Source: Patescibacteria group bacterium (lineage in GTDB: Bacteria > Patescibacteriota > Patescibacteriia > GWA2-46-9). Taken from it: a stretch of 64,000 bases of DNA. The stretch lies in the NCBI GenBank assembly GCA_041675205.1, contig JBAYUF010000005.1, positions 6,159-70,158 of the forward strand, given 5' to 3'. How positions within the stretch are numbered: the stretch's first letter is position 1; each line of letters starts with the position of its first letter. The translations under genes and the position numbers were made by a program. Under the pieces are notes generated by a model. The model ran no database searches. It saw only the letters and a list, made by a program, of their open reading frames with translations, and was not told the DNA's origin. Below, piece by piece: positions 1-10,389 of this stretch.

Positions 1-5
1 AAAAT

Positions 6-446
6 ATGTCTATAACACTACACAGTTTAACGGGTCAGCCTCGCCGTTCACGGCGCCGAATTGGTCGTGGAAATGCCTCGGGTCGAGGAACAACTGCGGG
101 CAAAGGTACCAAAGGGCAGCGGGCGCGAACGGGCGGTAGCCGCGGTATTGCTCGACGGGCGATGCAGCAGTACTTCCGTCGCATTCCGAAGCGGGGTGGT
201 TTCACGGTTGATCGTCAGGCCGTGGCTATCGTAAAGCTTGGCGACATGAACACCGCCTTTGCAACTGGTGCAACGGTGACGCCTGCCGTACTCGTGAAAA
301 AAGGTATGGCGCCGAGTGGAGCAATCATTAAGATATTGAATACCGGGGTCATTACCCGTGCGGTCACCGTTAAGGGGTGTCGCGTGTCGGCTACCGCTGC
401 CGCAGCTATAACGGCTGCCGGTGGTACGGTTGTCGCTAAAAAATAA
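6..446 (+). CDS. rplO: 50S ribosomal protein L15
   Basis: [24 protein letters not shown] motif; lies upstream of secY. Confidence 0.97.
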   Translation: MSITLHSLTGQPRRSRRRIGRGNASGRGTTAGKGTKGQRARTGGSRGIARRAMQQYFRRIPKRGGFTVDRQAVAIVKLGDMNTAFATGATVTPAVLVKKGMAPSGAIIKILNTGVITRAVTVKGCRVSATAAAAITAAGGTVVAKK

Positions 447-450
447 GCCG

Positions 451-1764
451 ATGGGTGTAATGAACGTGCTTCGGCAAATTTGGCAGGCGAAAGATTTGCG
501 CCGCAGTCTTATGATTGTGGTGGGAATGCTAGCTATTTTCCGCGTTCTTGCACACATTCCTTTGCCTGGTGTCGATCAAGAGAATTTGCGGGCGCTTTTT
601 GCCGGCAACCAGCTCCTGGGGTTTGTGAACATTTTTTCTGGTGGTGGTCTTGAGAATTTTTCTATCGTTGCTTTGGGTGTTGCGCCGTATATTACCGCCT
701 CCATCATTTTCCAGCTTTTGGCTATGGCGGTGCCGAGTCTTGAAGAGCTTTCCAAAGAGGGTGACTATGGTCGGCAAAAGATTAACCAGTACACACGCTA
801 CGCTACGGTTCCATTGGCCGCACTGCAAGGCATTGGTATTATCACCCTACTCCGTCAATCGCCAGCCTTGGGTGTACCGGTGTTGCCGGCTATCATGACC
901 CCATTTGTGTATGGGTCGCTCATCATCACCATGATTGGTGGTTCGATGTTACTCATGTGGATTGGGGAACTCATAACTGAGCGAAAAATAGGTAATGGTA
1001 TTTCGCTTCTTATCTTTGCTGGTATTGTTTCACAGTTACCATCGACCGTTATCAATACCTGGCAATTGTTACGGAGCCCAGGCGGCGGCATTGATACGGC
1101 ACAATTAATGCAAATTGGCGTCTTCTTAGCCATTGCCGTAATAACTATTTATGGGGTGGTGTATGTAACGGAAGCGCAGCGGAATGTTCCGGTGTCGTAC
1201 GCCAAGCGCGTTCGCGGGAGTAGAATGTTTGGCGGCGTTGATACGCATTTACCACTGCGGGTTAACCAAGCTGGCGTTATCCCAATTATTTTTGCCATTT
1301 CAATTTTACTATTTCCACCATTAGCCGCCCAGTTTTTTGCTGGTGCCACCACGCCATGGCTCGCAAATATGGCTAATGGCATCACGCGCCTTTTCCAGAA
1401 TCAAACGTTTTACGCCGCTAGTTATTTTGTGCTTGTTTTCATTTTCACCTACTTCTATACCGCAGTCATTTTTCAGCCAATACAAATTGCGGAGAATCTT
1501 CAGAAGCAGGGCGGTTTTATCCCTGGTATTCGTCCCGGACGACCGACGGCTGAGTATCTTGGGTACGTTATAAATAGAATTATTTTTGCGGGAGCTCTCT
1601 TCCTTGGAACCATCGCCGTTTTGCCACTGGTGATGCAGCAGACCACCGGTATTACAACGCTCGCGATTGGCGGAACGTCGCTCCTCATCGTTGTTTCGGT
1701 GGTGATTGAAACAGTGCAGCAAATCAAAGCGCAGCTTGTCATGCGCGATTACGAAAGCTTTTAG
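451..1764 (+). CDS. secY: Preprotein translocase subunit SecY
   Basis: [30 protein letters not shown] and GFIPGIRPG motifs; start taken at ATG 451 (460 possible). Confidence 0.98.
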   Translation: MGVMNVLRQIWQAKDLRRSLMIVVGMLAIFRVLAHIPLPGVDQENLRALFAGNQLLGFVNIFSGGGLENFSIVALGVAPYITASIIFQLLAMAVPSLEELSKEGDYGRQKINQYTRYATVPLAALQGIGIITLLRQSPALGVPVLPAIMTPFVYGSLIITMIGGSMLLMWIGELITERKIGNGISLLIFAGIVSQLPSTVINTWQLLRSPGGGIDTAQLMQIGVFLAIAVITIYGVVYVTEAQRNVPVSYAKRVRGSRMFGGVDTHLPLRVNQAGVIPIIFAISILLFPPLAAQFFAGATTPWLANMANGITRLFQNQTFYAASYFVLVFIFTYFYTAVIFQPIQIAENLQKQGGFIPGIRPGRPTAEYLGYVINRIIFAGALFLGTIAVLPLVMQQTTGITTLAIGGTSLLIVVSVVIETVQQIKAQLVMRDYESF

Positions 1765-1826
1765 ATTGCACGCGCTCTGGTTTACTGCGGAAGTTGCTTG
1801 CCTGCGTCGTGCTATACTGCACTGAT

Positions 1827-2480
1827 ATGATGACGTCCGGTAGACACCGCTATGTATTATTAGGGCCACAGGGTTCCGGCAAGGGGACGCAGGGTGCGTT
1901 GCTCTCTCAAGAAATTGGCGTAGAGCATATTTCAACTGGTATTCTTTTTCGTTCTGCTATTGCTGACCGAACTGCGTTAGGCGTAGAAATTGCGGAAACA
2001 ATGGCGCGTGGCGATTTGATTTCAGACGAGACGGTCAACAGACTCATCGCCGGCGCTTTTGCGAAGCAGTCGAGTGCTCCGTCGTATATTTTAGATGGGT
2101 ATCCACGGACGCTTCCGCAATTGGCATATCTTGAGAAGCTAGCCGCACCGCGATTGGCACTGCTGTTTACGCTTACCGATGAAGAAGCGGTGAACCGTTT
2201 GGCGGGTCGGTTAGTTTGCACGCAGTGCGAAGCGATTTATCATATTAGTCGTCGGCCGCCGAAGAGTAATGGCGTGTGCGATCAATGTGGAGGGGTAATT
2301 GCCGCCAGAAGTGACGATACGCCTGAAGCTATTCGACGGCGCTTGAAGCAGTACCACGACGAAACAGAGCCGTTACTTACTGAGTACGAACGAGCCGGTA
2401 AACTCATACGCATTGATGGGCGACCTGACGCAGACACCGTCTACGTTGAGGTTCGACGTGTGCTTGGCCTTTTACAATAG
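1827..2480 (+). CDS. adk: Adenylate kinase
   Basis: GPQGSGKGTQ P-loop, LDGYPRT, Zn-lid CxxC...CxxC. Confidence 0.96.
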   Translation: MMTSGRHRYVLLGPQGSGKGTQGALLSQEIGVEHISTGILFRSAIADRTALGVEIAETMARGDLISDETVNRLIAGAFAKQSSAPSYILDGYPRTLPQLAYLEKLAAPRLALLFTLTDEEAVNRLAGRLVCTQCEAIYHISRRPPKSNGVCDQCGGVIAARSDDTPEAIRRRLKQYHDETEPLLTEYERAGKLIRIDGRPDADTVYVEVRRVLGLLQ

Positions 2481-2481
2481 T

Positions 2482-3264
2482 GTGGCGCGCTACACCTCAG
2501 CGGAAATTACAATCATTCGTGAGTGCGGCCGCTTGCTTGCACAAATTTTACATGAGGTAATAGCGCAGGTGCGGCCAGGTGTTCAGACTGCGGCGCTTGA
2601 TGCGTTAGCTCGGGAACGTATGCAAGCAGTCGGTGGGGTGCCATCGTTTCTTGGGTATACTGCTGGTGGTTCTGTTCCATTTCCTTCAACGCTCTGTGTG
2701 TCTATAAATGGTGAGGTTGTTCATGGCCCTGCGTTACCATCACGAGAACTGCATGACGGCGACATCGTTGGTCTTGATATTGGTATGCGCTACCCAGCCA
2801 AGGGGGGATTCTGTACGGATATGGCAATGACCGTTCCCGTTGGACGCGTGAGTGAAGCAGACAGACGATTACTGGAAGTAACGCGTGAGGCATTGCAGCT
2901 TGGCGTGGCGGCTGCTTTACCGGGCGCTACTGTTGGCGATATTAGTCGCGCCATTGAGAAGCGGGTGAAAGCAGCTGGGTATGGAATCGTTCGCGAGCTT
3001 GTTGGTCATGGCGTTGGTCGTCAGGTCCATGAAGCCCCCGAGGTGCCGAATTTTTTTGTGCGCGGACCAATTGCGGCGACGGTATTGCAACCCGGCCTGG
3101 TTATTGCCATTGAACCAATGGTGAATGCTGGCAGTGCTGCTATTCGGACGCTGAAAGACAATTGGACCATCGCAACGCGTGACGGTTCTCGGGCGGCGCA
3201 TTTCGAGCAAACTATCGTGATTGCTGAGCATGGTCCGGCTGAAATTTTGACCCCTTTCCTGTGA
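2482..3264 (+). CDS. map: Type I methionine aminopeptidase
   Basis: VVHG, GHGVG..HEAP, AIEPM and AHFEQT motifs; GTG start inferred. Confidence 0.96.
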   Translation: MARYTSAEITIIRECGRLLAQILHEVIAQVRPGVQTAALDALARERMQAVGGVPSFLGYTAGGSVPFPSTLCVSINGEVVHGPALPSRELHDGDIVGLDIGMRYPAKGGFCTDMAMTVPVGRVSEADRRLLEVTREALQLGVAAALPGATVGDISRAIEKRVKAAGYGIVRELVGHGVGRQVHEAPEVPNFFVRGPIAATVLQPGLVIAIEPMVNAGSAAIRTLKDNWTIATRDGSRAAHFEQTIVIAEHGPAEILTPFL

Positions 3265-3665
3265 CCGTCATTGCTATTGATTTTGGTGAGCGCTGGCTGG
3301 GGGTAGCCGTTGGTAGAGATGAGCCTAAAGTTTCAATGCCACTTTTTACCATTGACAGAAACAGTGAGCCTGATGCAGTTGCTCGGTTGCGAGCTGCAGC
3401 AGTGAACGAAGGTGCTGATGCAATTGTCATTGGTGCTCCAAACCCATTGCGTGCAGAACCCGGTGTTGCTGCCTCAGCCATAACACAAGCGGTTAGCGTT
3501 TTTGCTGCCTCGCTACGTGAGGCAATGCCCTACACTATCGAATTTATGGACGAGCGGTTTACCTCGAACGCGGCTGCAGTGCTTCGTCGAGATTTCCCAA
3601 CCGCTGATGAGCATGCTTTGGCGGCTATGCTCATCGCTGATAATTATTTGGGTCACCGCGCATGA
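3261..3665 (+). CDS. ruvX: RuvX/YqgF family RNase H-fold nuclease
   Basis: AIDFGERWLGVAV and DERFTS motifs. Confidence 0.88.
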   Translation: MTVIAIDFGERWLGVAVGRDEPKVSMPLFTIDRNSEPDAVARLRAAAVNEGADAIVIGAPNPLRAEPGVAASAITQAVSVFAASLREAMPYTIEFMDERFTSNAAAVLRRDFPTADEHALAAMLIADNYLGHRA

Positions 3666-4444
3666 GCGCGTACTTGCGAACCCGTGCCGTCGTTCTGCGG
3701 CATGAGCAACCCAGAAACGCTGATGTTCGAATTCTGTTTCTGTCCGCCGCGCACGGTAAGGTAGATGCGGTTGCCCGTGGATTGCACTTACAAAAAAGTA
3801 AGCTGGCGGCGTCGCTGCAACCGTTTACGGTTATCGAAGCGTCATTTGTGCAAGGCCGGCAGCGGCGAATAGTAACTGGTTCGATCCCGGAACGACTGCA
3901 GGTGATTATTCGACAAGATCCAGCTCGGGCATTTTCGGCCGGACTCATCGTTCGTTTAGCGGATTTGATGTTGCCGATAGAGCAACCTGATGCTGCTACT
4001 TTTGAGCTAACGGTCGATGCGCTCGAGGCGCTTGATCGTCCCAAGGTCTCACCACAAGGTTTAAATATCCTGCCCTATGCCTATGCCTGGAAATTATTCA
4101 GTCGGGTAGGGTATTTACCTGATCTTGCTACTTGTCGGGTGTGTGGCCAAGCATTCGCTACGCAATCGTTGTTCCTTGATGCTCGTGGTGGCGGCGTTAT
4201 ACACCAGACGTGCGCAGCCAATGGGTTTATCGCTATGCCGATAAACGCCAGTATTATTCGGGCGCTTCTGCTACTCACGCAAGCGCCATTAGCTGAAGCC
4301 GTTCGAGCGCGTATGAGTACATCATTGCAAGACGCGATTATGCTGGTAACGAGAAGTCTCATGGAAGAGCGGTATGACGTGCCTATGCATGGCTCATTTT
4401 GGACTACGCTTTCGTTTGTCCGCCAGCCTGTCCACGAGACCTAA
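3662..4444 (+). CDS. recO: DNA repair protein RecO
   Basis: N-terminal OB fold (HGKVDAVARG..SKLAASLQPF) and GYLPDL..CRVCG Zn site. Confidence 0.92.
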   Translation: MSAYLRTRAVVLRHEQPRNADVRILFLSAAHGKVDAVARGLHLQKSKLAASLQPFTVIEASFVQGRQRRIVTGSIPERLQVIIRQDPARAFSAGLIVRLADLMLPIEQPDAATFELTVDALEALDRPKVSPQGLNILPYAYAWKLFSRVGYLPDLATCRVCGQAFATQSLFLDARGGGVIHQTCAANGFIAMPINASIIRALLLLTQAPLAEAVRARMSTSLQDAIMLVTRSLMEERYDVPMHGSFWTTLSFVRQPVHET

Positions 4445-4464
4445 TTTCTTGTATACTCAGGTCT

Positions 4465-5868
4465 ATGCTGAGAACACATACTGTTGCCGAACTTATTACT
4501 TTGCCAGCTGGAACAACCGTAACGGTGGCTGGTTGGGTACATCGTCGACGCGATCATGGCCCCATTCTTTTCGTAGACCTACGCAATCGAACGGATGTTG
4601 TTCAAGTCGTTGTTCGGTTGAAAGATTTTAGTGCTGAAGTACAAGAACAAATTAAGGACGGGCTCCGATCAGAATCAGTTGTGGCAATCACTGGTACCGT
4701 CACCGCTCGTCGACCAGGAACGGAAAATGCTGAGCTCTTAACGGGTAACATTGAACTTGTCGCAACCACAGTGACGGTCCTCAATCGTTCCGAGACGCCA
4801 CCATTTGTCATTGACGACCCGGCGCTCGTTGCAGGTGAAGAAGTGCGCTTAACCTATCGGTATCTTGATTTACGTCGTCAGAAGCCGCTTAGCAATATGC
4901 TACTTCGCAACAGTGTTATTCAAGCCATGCGACAGTATCTCTTAGAGCGAGATTTTATTGAAATAGAGACACCAGTCTTAAGCAAATCAACGCCAGAAGG
5001 AGCGCGAGATTATTTGGTGCCAGACCGTCGTCGGCCGGGTCAATTTTACGCCCTACCACAGTCGCCACAGCAGTATAAGCAGCTCTTGATGGTGGCCGGT
5101 CTGGAACGCTATTTCCAAATAGTGCGTTGTTTCCGTGATGAAGATACGCGAGGCGATAGGCAGCCAGAATTCACGCAATTAGATATTGAGATGAGTTTTG
5201 TTGAGCAGGAAGACTTGTTGCAGCTCATTGAGGCGCTCTACATTCATTTGGTAAAAACGTGCACACCAGAAAAAAAGATTCAAGAAATTCCGTTTCCTCG
5301 GCTCACCTACAAAGAGGCCATGGAAAAATATGGAAACGACAAACCAGATTTGCGAAAAGATAAAGATGATCCAACTGTTTTGGCGTTCTGTTTTATTCTG
5401 GATTTTCCAATGTTTGAACGCAAAGACGATGGAACACTGGGCGCCGTGCATCACCCGTTCACGAAGCCGCGGGTGGCGAACGCCGAAGCATTGCGAGCTG
5501 CTGAGCCAACATCCATTCTGGCCGATCAGTACGACTTCGTGTTGAACGGCTATGAGATCGGTGGCGGAAGCATTCGAACGCACGACCCTGAGTTGCTCGC
5601 CGCTGTGTTTGAAGTCTTAGGGCATCCACCAGAGGATGTTGAGCGACAGTTTGGGCATCTCCTGCGGGCCTTCCGCTATGGCGTTCCGCCACACGGCGGT
5701 ATTGCGCCAGGTATAGACCGATTCATAATGCTCTTGGCAAATGAACCAAACATTCGTGAAGTCATCGCGTTTCCAAAAACGGGTGATGGACGAGACCTCA
5801 TGATGGATGCACCAAGTCTTGTTTCAGATGAACAGATGAAGGAACTGCATCTTTCCGTTCGGAAGTAG
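4465..5868 (+). CDS. aspS: Aspartate--tRNA ligase, compact form lacking the GAD insertion
   Basis: MLRTH start, TPEGARDY, LPQSPQ, DRQPEFTQLD and PPHGGIAPGIDR motifs. Confidence 0.96.
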   Translation: MLRTHTVAELITLPAGTTVTVAGWVHRRRDHGPILFVDLRNRTDVVQVVVRLKDFSAEVQEQIKDGLRSESVVAITGTVTARRPGTENAELLTGNIELVATTVTVLNRSETPPFVIDDPALVAGEEVRLTYRYLDLRRQKPLSNMLLRNSVIQAMRQYLLERDFIEIETPVLSKSTPEGARDYLVPDRRRPGQFYALPQSPQQYKQLLMVAGLERYFQIVRCFRDEDTRGDRQPEFTQLDIEMSFVEQEDLLQLIEALYIHLVKTCTPEKKIQEIPFPRLTYKEAMEKYGNDKPDLRKDKDDPTVLAFCFILDFPMFERKDDGTLGAVHHPFTKPRVANAEALRAAEPTSILADQYDFVLNGYEIGGGSIRTHDPELLAAVFEVLGHPPEDVERQFGHLLRAFRYGVPPHGGIAPGIDRFIMLLANEPNIREVIAFPKTGDGRDLMMDAPSLVSDEQMKELHLSVRK

Positions 5869-5889
5869 GGTTGTTCGTCAGCGTTTTTG

Positions 5890-6606
5890 ATGATGTATTC
5901 GGTAACGTTAGAACGGTTTGAAGGACCGTTAGATTTGCTTTTGAAGCTCATCGAGAAAGAAGAGCTACTCGTTACCGATATCTCGCTCGCCAAAGTTACT
6001 GAGCAGTATTTAGCCTACATTGATAACACGCCGACGCTGCGGGCTGATGATCTGGCCGATTTTTTGGTAATTGCCGCACGACTACTGCTCATTAAATCTC
6101 GTGTACTTTTGCCACACCTTTTCATGGCTGATGAAGAGGCCGTGACTGATACGCTAACAGAAGAGCTAGCGCGGTATCGACTGTATGTCTCCGCCGGGAC
6201 CTTGTTGTATCGACAGTATCGGGCGAACCAAGTCTGCTTTGTGCGTGAGCGCATGGCCAGAGTGACTGTGGCGAGCTTCAGCCCCGCGTCTAACGCTGGT
6301 TTAGAGTACCTGGAGCAAGCATACGTAGGGATTCTCGCCGAAATTGGTAGGTTGGTGCGTCCGAAGCCGGAGCTCATAACACGAACAATCAGTCTTCAAG
6401 AGCGGATTACCGTATTGCGTACGCTGTTTTCAAACGCAAATAGTGTAGACTTTAGACAGGCGCTGGCGAATACAAAAACAAGAACCGAAGTCATTGTTAC
6501 CTTTCTGGCCCTTCTCGAATTAGTGAAGCAGCGACACGTTGTCGTTGCACAAGAAGAGGGGACTGATATTATTCGTATAACTCGCTATGACAACAGCACC
6601 ACTTAA
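5890..6606 (+). CDS. scpA: Segregation and condensation protein A
   Basis: FEGPLDLLL and TFLALLEL motifs. Confidence 0.95.
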   Translation: MMYSVTLERFEGPLDLLLKLIEKEELLVTDISLAKVTEQYLAYIDNTPTLRADDLADFLVIAARLLLIKSRVLLPHLFMADEEAVTDTLTEELARYRLYVSAGTLLYRQYRANQVCFVRERMARVTVASFSPASNAGLEYLEQAYVGILAEIGRLVRPKPELITRTISLQERITVLRTLFSNANSVDFRQALANTKTRTEVIVTFLALLELVKQRHVVVAQEEGTDIIRITRYDNSTT

Positions 6607-7171
6607 ATCACAACTCGAGGCAATATTGTTCGTGGCCACTCGGCCGCTTTCAATTGATAAGTTGGCTGGTATCGTACATGCTGAAGCGGCAGCCGTTGAA
6701 ACAGCGCTCGGCGAATTGGCGGCAGAGTACGACGAACGGGTGGTGCACGCTGGTGGCGTCCAGCTGCTGCGACACGCTGGTGAAGTGCAGTTGGTCACCA
6801 GCAGTGCCGTGAGTGACGTCGTAAGAGAATTTTTAAAAGCGGAAACCACTGGCGAGCTAACGAAGCCGGCCGTGGAAACCTTGTCTATCATTGCCTACCG
6901 TGGGCCAGTAACGAAAAGTGATTTAGAAAAAATAAGAGGGGTAAATTGTACGTTGATATTGCGCAACCTCATGATGCGCGGACTAGTTATCGTTGAGGAG
7001 GATAAAAAGAAAATGCTGCTCTACTACACAGTGTCGAGTGATTTCATTCGACATTTAGGTTTAACGTCAATTCAGCAACTGCCACAGTACGAAACGCTCC
7101 ATCGTCCTGAGGTTGTCGATCAGCTTTTAGCTGAGCGGACCGATGAAATACGAACCACTGTCACTGAGTGA
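6587..7171 (+). CDS. scpB: SMC-Scp complex subunit ScpB
   Basis: LEAILFV and ETLSIIAYRGPVTK..IRGVN motifs. Confidence 0.95.
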   Translation: MTTAPLKSQLEAILFVATRPLSIDKLAGIVHAEAAAVETALGELAAEYDERVVHAGGVQLLRHAGEVQLVTSSAVSDVVREFLKAETTGELTKPAVETLSIIAYRGPVTKSDLEKIRGVNCTLILRNLMMRGLVIVEEDKKKMLLYYTVSSDFIRHLGLTSIQQLPQYETLHRPEVVDQLLAERTDEIRTTVTE

Positions 7172-8132
7172 TTCTCGGGTGGCGCTCGTTGTCGCGCTGG
7201 TGGTGCTTGCCGTGCTAGCGAATGCGTTGCTTTTCGTTGGCTCTTTTCCTGGTGTCCGTGTGTCTGCGGCTACAACAGCAACGTTACCAGTACAGCGAGA
7301 CGTATACCGACCGACTGTGCCGGGAGCGCTACTGTCCGAGGTAACAGCCATGAACGTCTATATGAGTAGTGAAGGGTCGTCACCCTTGCCGCTCATGAAA
7401 TATCATGCCGATGACCCGGTACCGTTGGCCAGTCTTACAAAGCTCATGACCGCGCTTATTGCCTTGACGTATAATCCGGCCTGGGACGAGTCGGTTACCA
7501 TTCTGGCAGAAGATAGGCGACCGGGTGCGCGGCAACGCTTGCATCCTGGTGACACGGTTACTGTGGCAGATCTTTGGAAGTTATTACTCATCGCCTCAGA
7601 CAATGATGCCGCTGCGGCGCTTGCACGAAGCTTGGCTGGGAGCGAGAGCGCGTTTGTTAATGCCATGAACGCTTTGGCGAACTCGTGGTCATTGTCAGCC
7701 GTTACGTTTGCTGATGCCAGTGGCCTGAGTGATGGGAATCGAGCATCAGCCCGAGACTTTGCGGTAATTGCTCGCAAGGCTTTTTCGGAAGAGCGCATCG
7801 TTACCGCAGCAAGTGTGACCGACAGCACAGTGTTTATCGGTGGTGAAGCTGAACGCATTTTTAATACCGATCAAGTACTGCAAGATAATGCAGAAACAGC
7901 CACCTACGGCTGGACGCTCACGGCGGGCAAAACAGGGCACACTGAGGAAGCTGGTTATAACATAGCGCTATTAGCTGGAAATGAAACAGGGGAAGCGGCG
8001 CTCATGGTTTTACTTGGCGGAAAAACAGCAACAGATCGTGCCGAGGACGTACTCCGTTTAGTACCCTGGGCACTTACCACGACAAAAAATTTGCCAACTG
8101 GTGAACGACACGATGAACGTCTGCTATACTAA
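7143..8132 (+). CDS. D-alanyl-D-alanine carboxypeptidase (peptidase S11)
   Basis: SxxK (ASLTKLMTA), SDN and KTG motifs; N-terminal TM segment. Confidence 0.9.
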   Translation: MKYEPLSLSDSRVALVVALVVLAVLANALLFVGSFPGVRVSAATTATLPVQRDVYRPTVPGALLSEVTAMNVYMSSEGSSPLPLMKYHADDPVPLASLTKLMTALIALTYNPAWDESVTILAEDRRPGARQRLHPGDTVTVADLWKLLLIASDNDAAAALARSLAGSESAFVNAMNALANSWSLSAVTFADASGLSDGNRASARDFAVIARKAFSEERIVTAASVTDSTVFIGGEAERIFNTDQVLQDNAETATYGWTLTAGKTGHTEEAGYNIALLAGNETGEAALMVLLGGKTATDRAEDVLRLVPWALTTTKNLPTGERHDERLLY

Positions 8133-8137
8133 TTGCT

Positions 8138-8860
8138 ATGAAGATGCCGATAGTTGTCGCCAATTGGAAAATGTATTTGAACGTACCTGAAAGTGTTGCC
8201 TTGGCTCAGAAACTGGTGCGGGCACCGCGTCTGCCTGTTACGGTCGTCGTTTGCCCGAGCGCTATAAGTATCTCAGCCGTGGCTGATATTCTGCGGGGTA
8301 GCGCTACCAGCCTTGGTGCGCAGTTGGTTAACACAGCGGTACGCGGTGCGCATACGGGGGGTGTATCGGCGGCAGATTATGCTTCTCTTGGTGCCACCTA
8401 TGCCATTGTTGGCCATTCAGAGGTACGTCGACGAGAGGGAACTGATGTGCATGCTTTGCGTGAGCAGTGCCTAACAGCACTCGCCAATGGCTTGACGCCC
8501 ATACTATGCATTGGGGAGACGCTGGAGCAGCACAATGAAGCAAGCTCGATACTGCGTGAACAATATACACAAGTAGTTGGTTCAGGACTCCCTGGTTCTT
8601 TTTTGGTTGCGTATGAGCCACTATGGGCAATCAGCGCCACGTCCGGCGCGCATCCGCTGTTAATTGAAGACGTTGCCGAGTCTAGTGCACTGCTTCGGTC
8701 GTTTATTGATGACGCGGTGCCTGTTTTGTATGGCGGCAGCGTGGACCAAACAAATGCGGCAGGGTTCATCGGCGCACATGGTTTTGATGGTGTACTCGTT
8801 GGTGCGGCGAGTACCGAGGCGGTTTCATTTCAAAATATTATTGCTCAAGTAGCTCGTTAA
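8138..8860 (+). CDS. tpiA: Triosephosphate isomerase
   Basis: ANWKM, VGHSE, AYEPLWAI and LYGGSV motifs. Confidence 0.97.
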   Translation: MKMPIVVANWKMYLNVPESVALAQKLVRAPRLPVTVVVCPSAISISAVADILRGSATSLGAQLVNTAVRGAHTGGVSAADYASLGATYAIVGHSEVRRREGTDVHALREQCLTALANGLTPILCIGETLEQHNEASSILREQYTQVVGSGLPGSFLVAYEPLWAISATSGAHPLLIEDVAESSALLRSFIDDAVPVLYGGSVDQTNAAGFIGAHGFDGVLVGAASTEAVSFQNIIAQVAR

Positions 8861-8862
8861 GT

Positions 8863-9774
8863 ATGCTGTACGACGTTTTACCCATCCTCGTTCTCTTCGG
8901 TGCTATTGTTGGTTTTGTGATAACGGTTGGCAGACGGTGGTCGGATATACGCTTAATGAAGATTGAACATCTTCCTGAAGTTATTACAGCTACGAAGAAG
9001 CGACAGTTATTGCTTCGTGGTTTGCAACGTCGTTTACGCGAGCGAACAGGGCACCTTTGGCAGCGCACTGCGGCGCTTCGCGCTGAAACGGGGGAACGTC
9101 TTGGTGACTTCTATGAACGGCTTCTCGAATTAGATCGCCGGTATCGACATGCGAATCCTTCATCCGCCGCAGATGTCTCAACGACCGATATTGCCTCGCT
9201 TTTAGCTGTTGCAAAGAACGCCGAACAGACAGGTAACAAAGAAGAAGCGGAACGCACGTACCTCGATATCATTACGCATGACCATCGCAACACGGAAGCC
9301 TACCGAGGTCTTGGCCGTATTTACTGGAACGCCGGAAACCGCGAAGAAGCTGCGCAGTCGTTCGAATATGCGCTGCGGCTTGATCCACGTGACGCCGAAA
9401 CGTATGCATTGCTCGCCGCAGTGAGCGTGGAGCTAGGTGCCTTGGCGCGAGGTTGTAGTGCCTATGAGCAAGCCGTCTCCTTTGAGCCCGATCATGTGCC
9501 GTATCGTATTGGTCTCGGTGACACGCTTGTCAGTATGGAAGACTTCCCAAGTGCCATTGCAACATTTGAAGCGGCGGTGGCGTTGGAGCCGTCAAATCCT
9601 CGTTGCCTTGACCGACTCATCGATGTTTGTATACTTGGGGGTAATAAGCGGCTTGCGACTAGCACTTTACGGCACTTAGCCACGGTTAATCCTGACAATA
9701 ATAAGCTTCAGGAGTTCGAGGATCGTATAAAAGCGATGCCTCGAAAACGCCGGACGACTGAGCCGTCGAGCTAG
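8863..9774 (+). CDS. Membrane-anchored tetratricopeptide repeat protein
   Basis: N-terminal TM helix followed by several TPR-like repeats. Confidence 0.8.
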   Translation: MLYDVLPILVLFGAIVGFVITVGRRWSDIRLMKIEHLPEVITATKKRQLLLRGLQRRLRERTGHLWQRTAALRAETGERLGDFYERLLELDRRYRHANPSSAADVSTTDIASLLAVAKNAEQTGNKEEAERTYLDIITHDHRNTEAYRGLGRIYWNAGNREEAAQSFEYALRLDPRDAETYALLAAVSVELGALARGCSAYEQAVSFEPDHVPYRIGLGDTLVSMEDFPSAIATFEAAVALEPSNPRCLDRLIDVCILGGNKRLATSTLRHLATVNPDNNKLQEFEDRIKAMPRKRRTTEPSS

Positions 9775-9805
9775 ACCAAACAAGCTGTTTTTTACGTCTT
9801 TGTAG

Positions 9806-9881
9806 GCCCACTTAGCTCAGTTGGTAGAGCATCTCCATGGTAAGGAGAAGGTCCGCAGTTCGAATCTGCGAGTGGGCTCCA
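9806..9881 (+). tRNA. tRNA-Thr(GGT)
   Basis: Cloverleaf with GCCCACT/AGTGGGC acceptor, anticodon loop ATGGTAA, encoded CCA. Confidence 0.95.
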
Positions 9882-9972
9882 TTCGACTCGGTTTGCCTAT
9901 GGCAAACCTCGCTCATGGCAAGCCATCTATATTGAGTCGAATGTCCTGAGCGACTGTAAGGAGTCGAAGGGC
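9881..9972. repeat. Palindromic REP-like spacer element between tRNAs
   Basis: ATTCGACTC...GAGTCGAAT and GGTTTGCC/GGCAAACC inverted repeats. Confidence 0.55.
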
Positions 9973-9991
9973 GAGTGATAAGTTTTAGTCT

Positions 9992-10078
9992 GGGTGGTTA
10001 CCGAAGTAGTCAAACGGACCTGACTGTAAATCAGGTGGCCCTGTGCCTTCGAAGGTGCAAATCCTTCACCACCCACCA
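9992..10078 (+). tRNA. tRNA-Tyr(GTA)
   Basis: GGGTGGT/ACCACCC acceptor, loop CTGTAAA, long variable arm, CCA; atypical T-loop TGCAAAT. Confidence 0.93.
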
Positions 10079-10186
10079 GCCTTCGCTCAAGCTTCGGCTG
10101 GCGTGCCAGCCATAGTTTCAACGACGGTTGGCGGCCAGACGATATAGTAAAGCGGCTGTTCGCCGTAGTTTTAACGAAGGAGAACA
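10079..10186. repeat. Palindromic REP-like spacer element
   Basis: CCTTCGCTCAAGCTTCGGC...GCCGTAGTTTTAACGAAGG imperfect inverted repeat with internal GGCTGGC/GCCAGCC hairpin. Confidence 0.5.
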
Positions 10187-10214
10187 AATTGTCAGTTGCC
10201 ATAAGTAAATATAC

Positions 10215-10290
10215 GCCGCCTTAGCTCAGCTGGTAGAGCAACACTTTTGTAAAGTGAAGGTCCCCGGTTCGAGTCCGGGAGGCGGCTCCA
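10215..10290 (+). tRNA. tRNA-Thr(TGT)
   Basis: GCCGCCT/AGGCGGC acceptor, loop TTTGTAA, GGTTCGAGTCC, CCA. Confidence 0.95.
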
Positions 10291-10389
10291 ATAGCGTACA
10301 TTTTGATTTATCAAAATGTTTGCAACGTCAGTAGTCCCGCCAGCGGGCGGGGCTCCAGTAGTGTATAAAACAGGATTAACTACTAAAAA

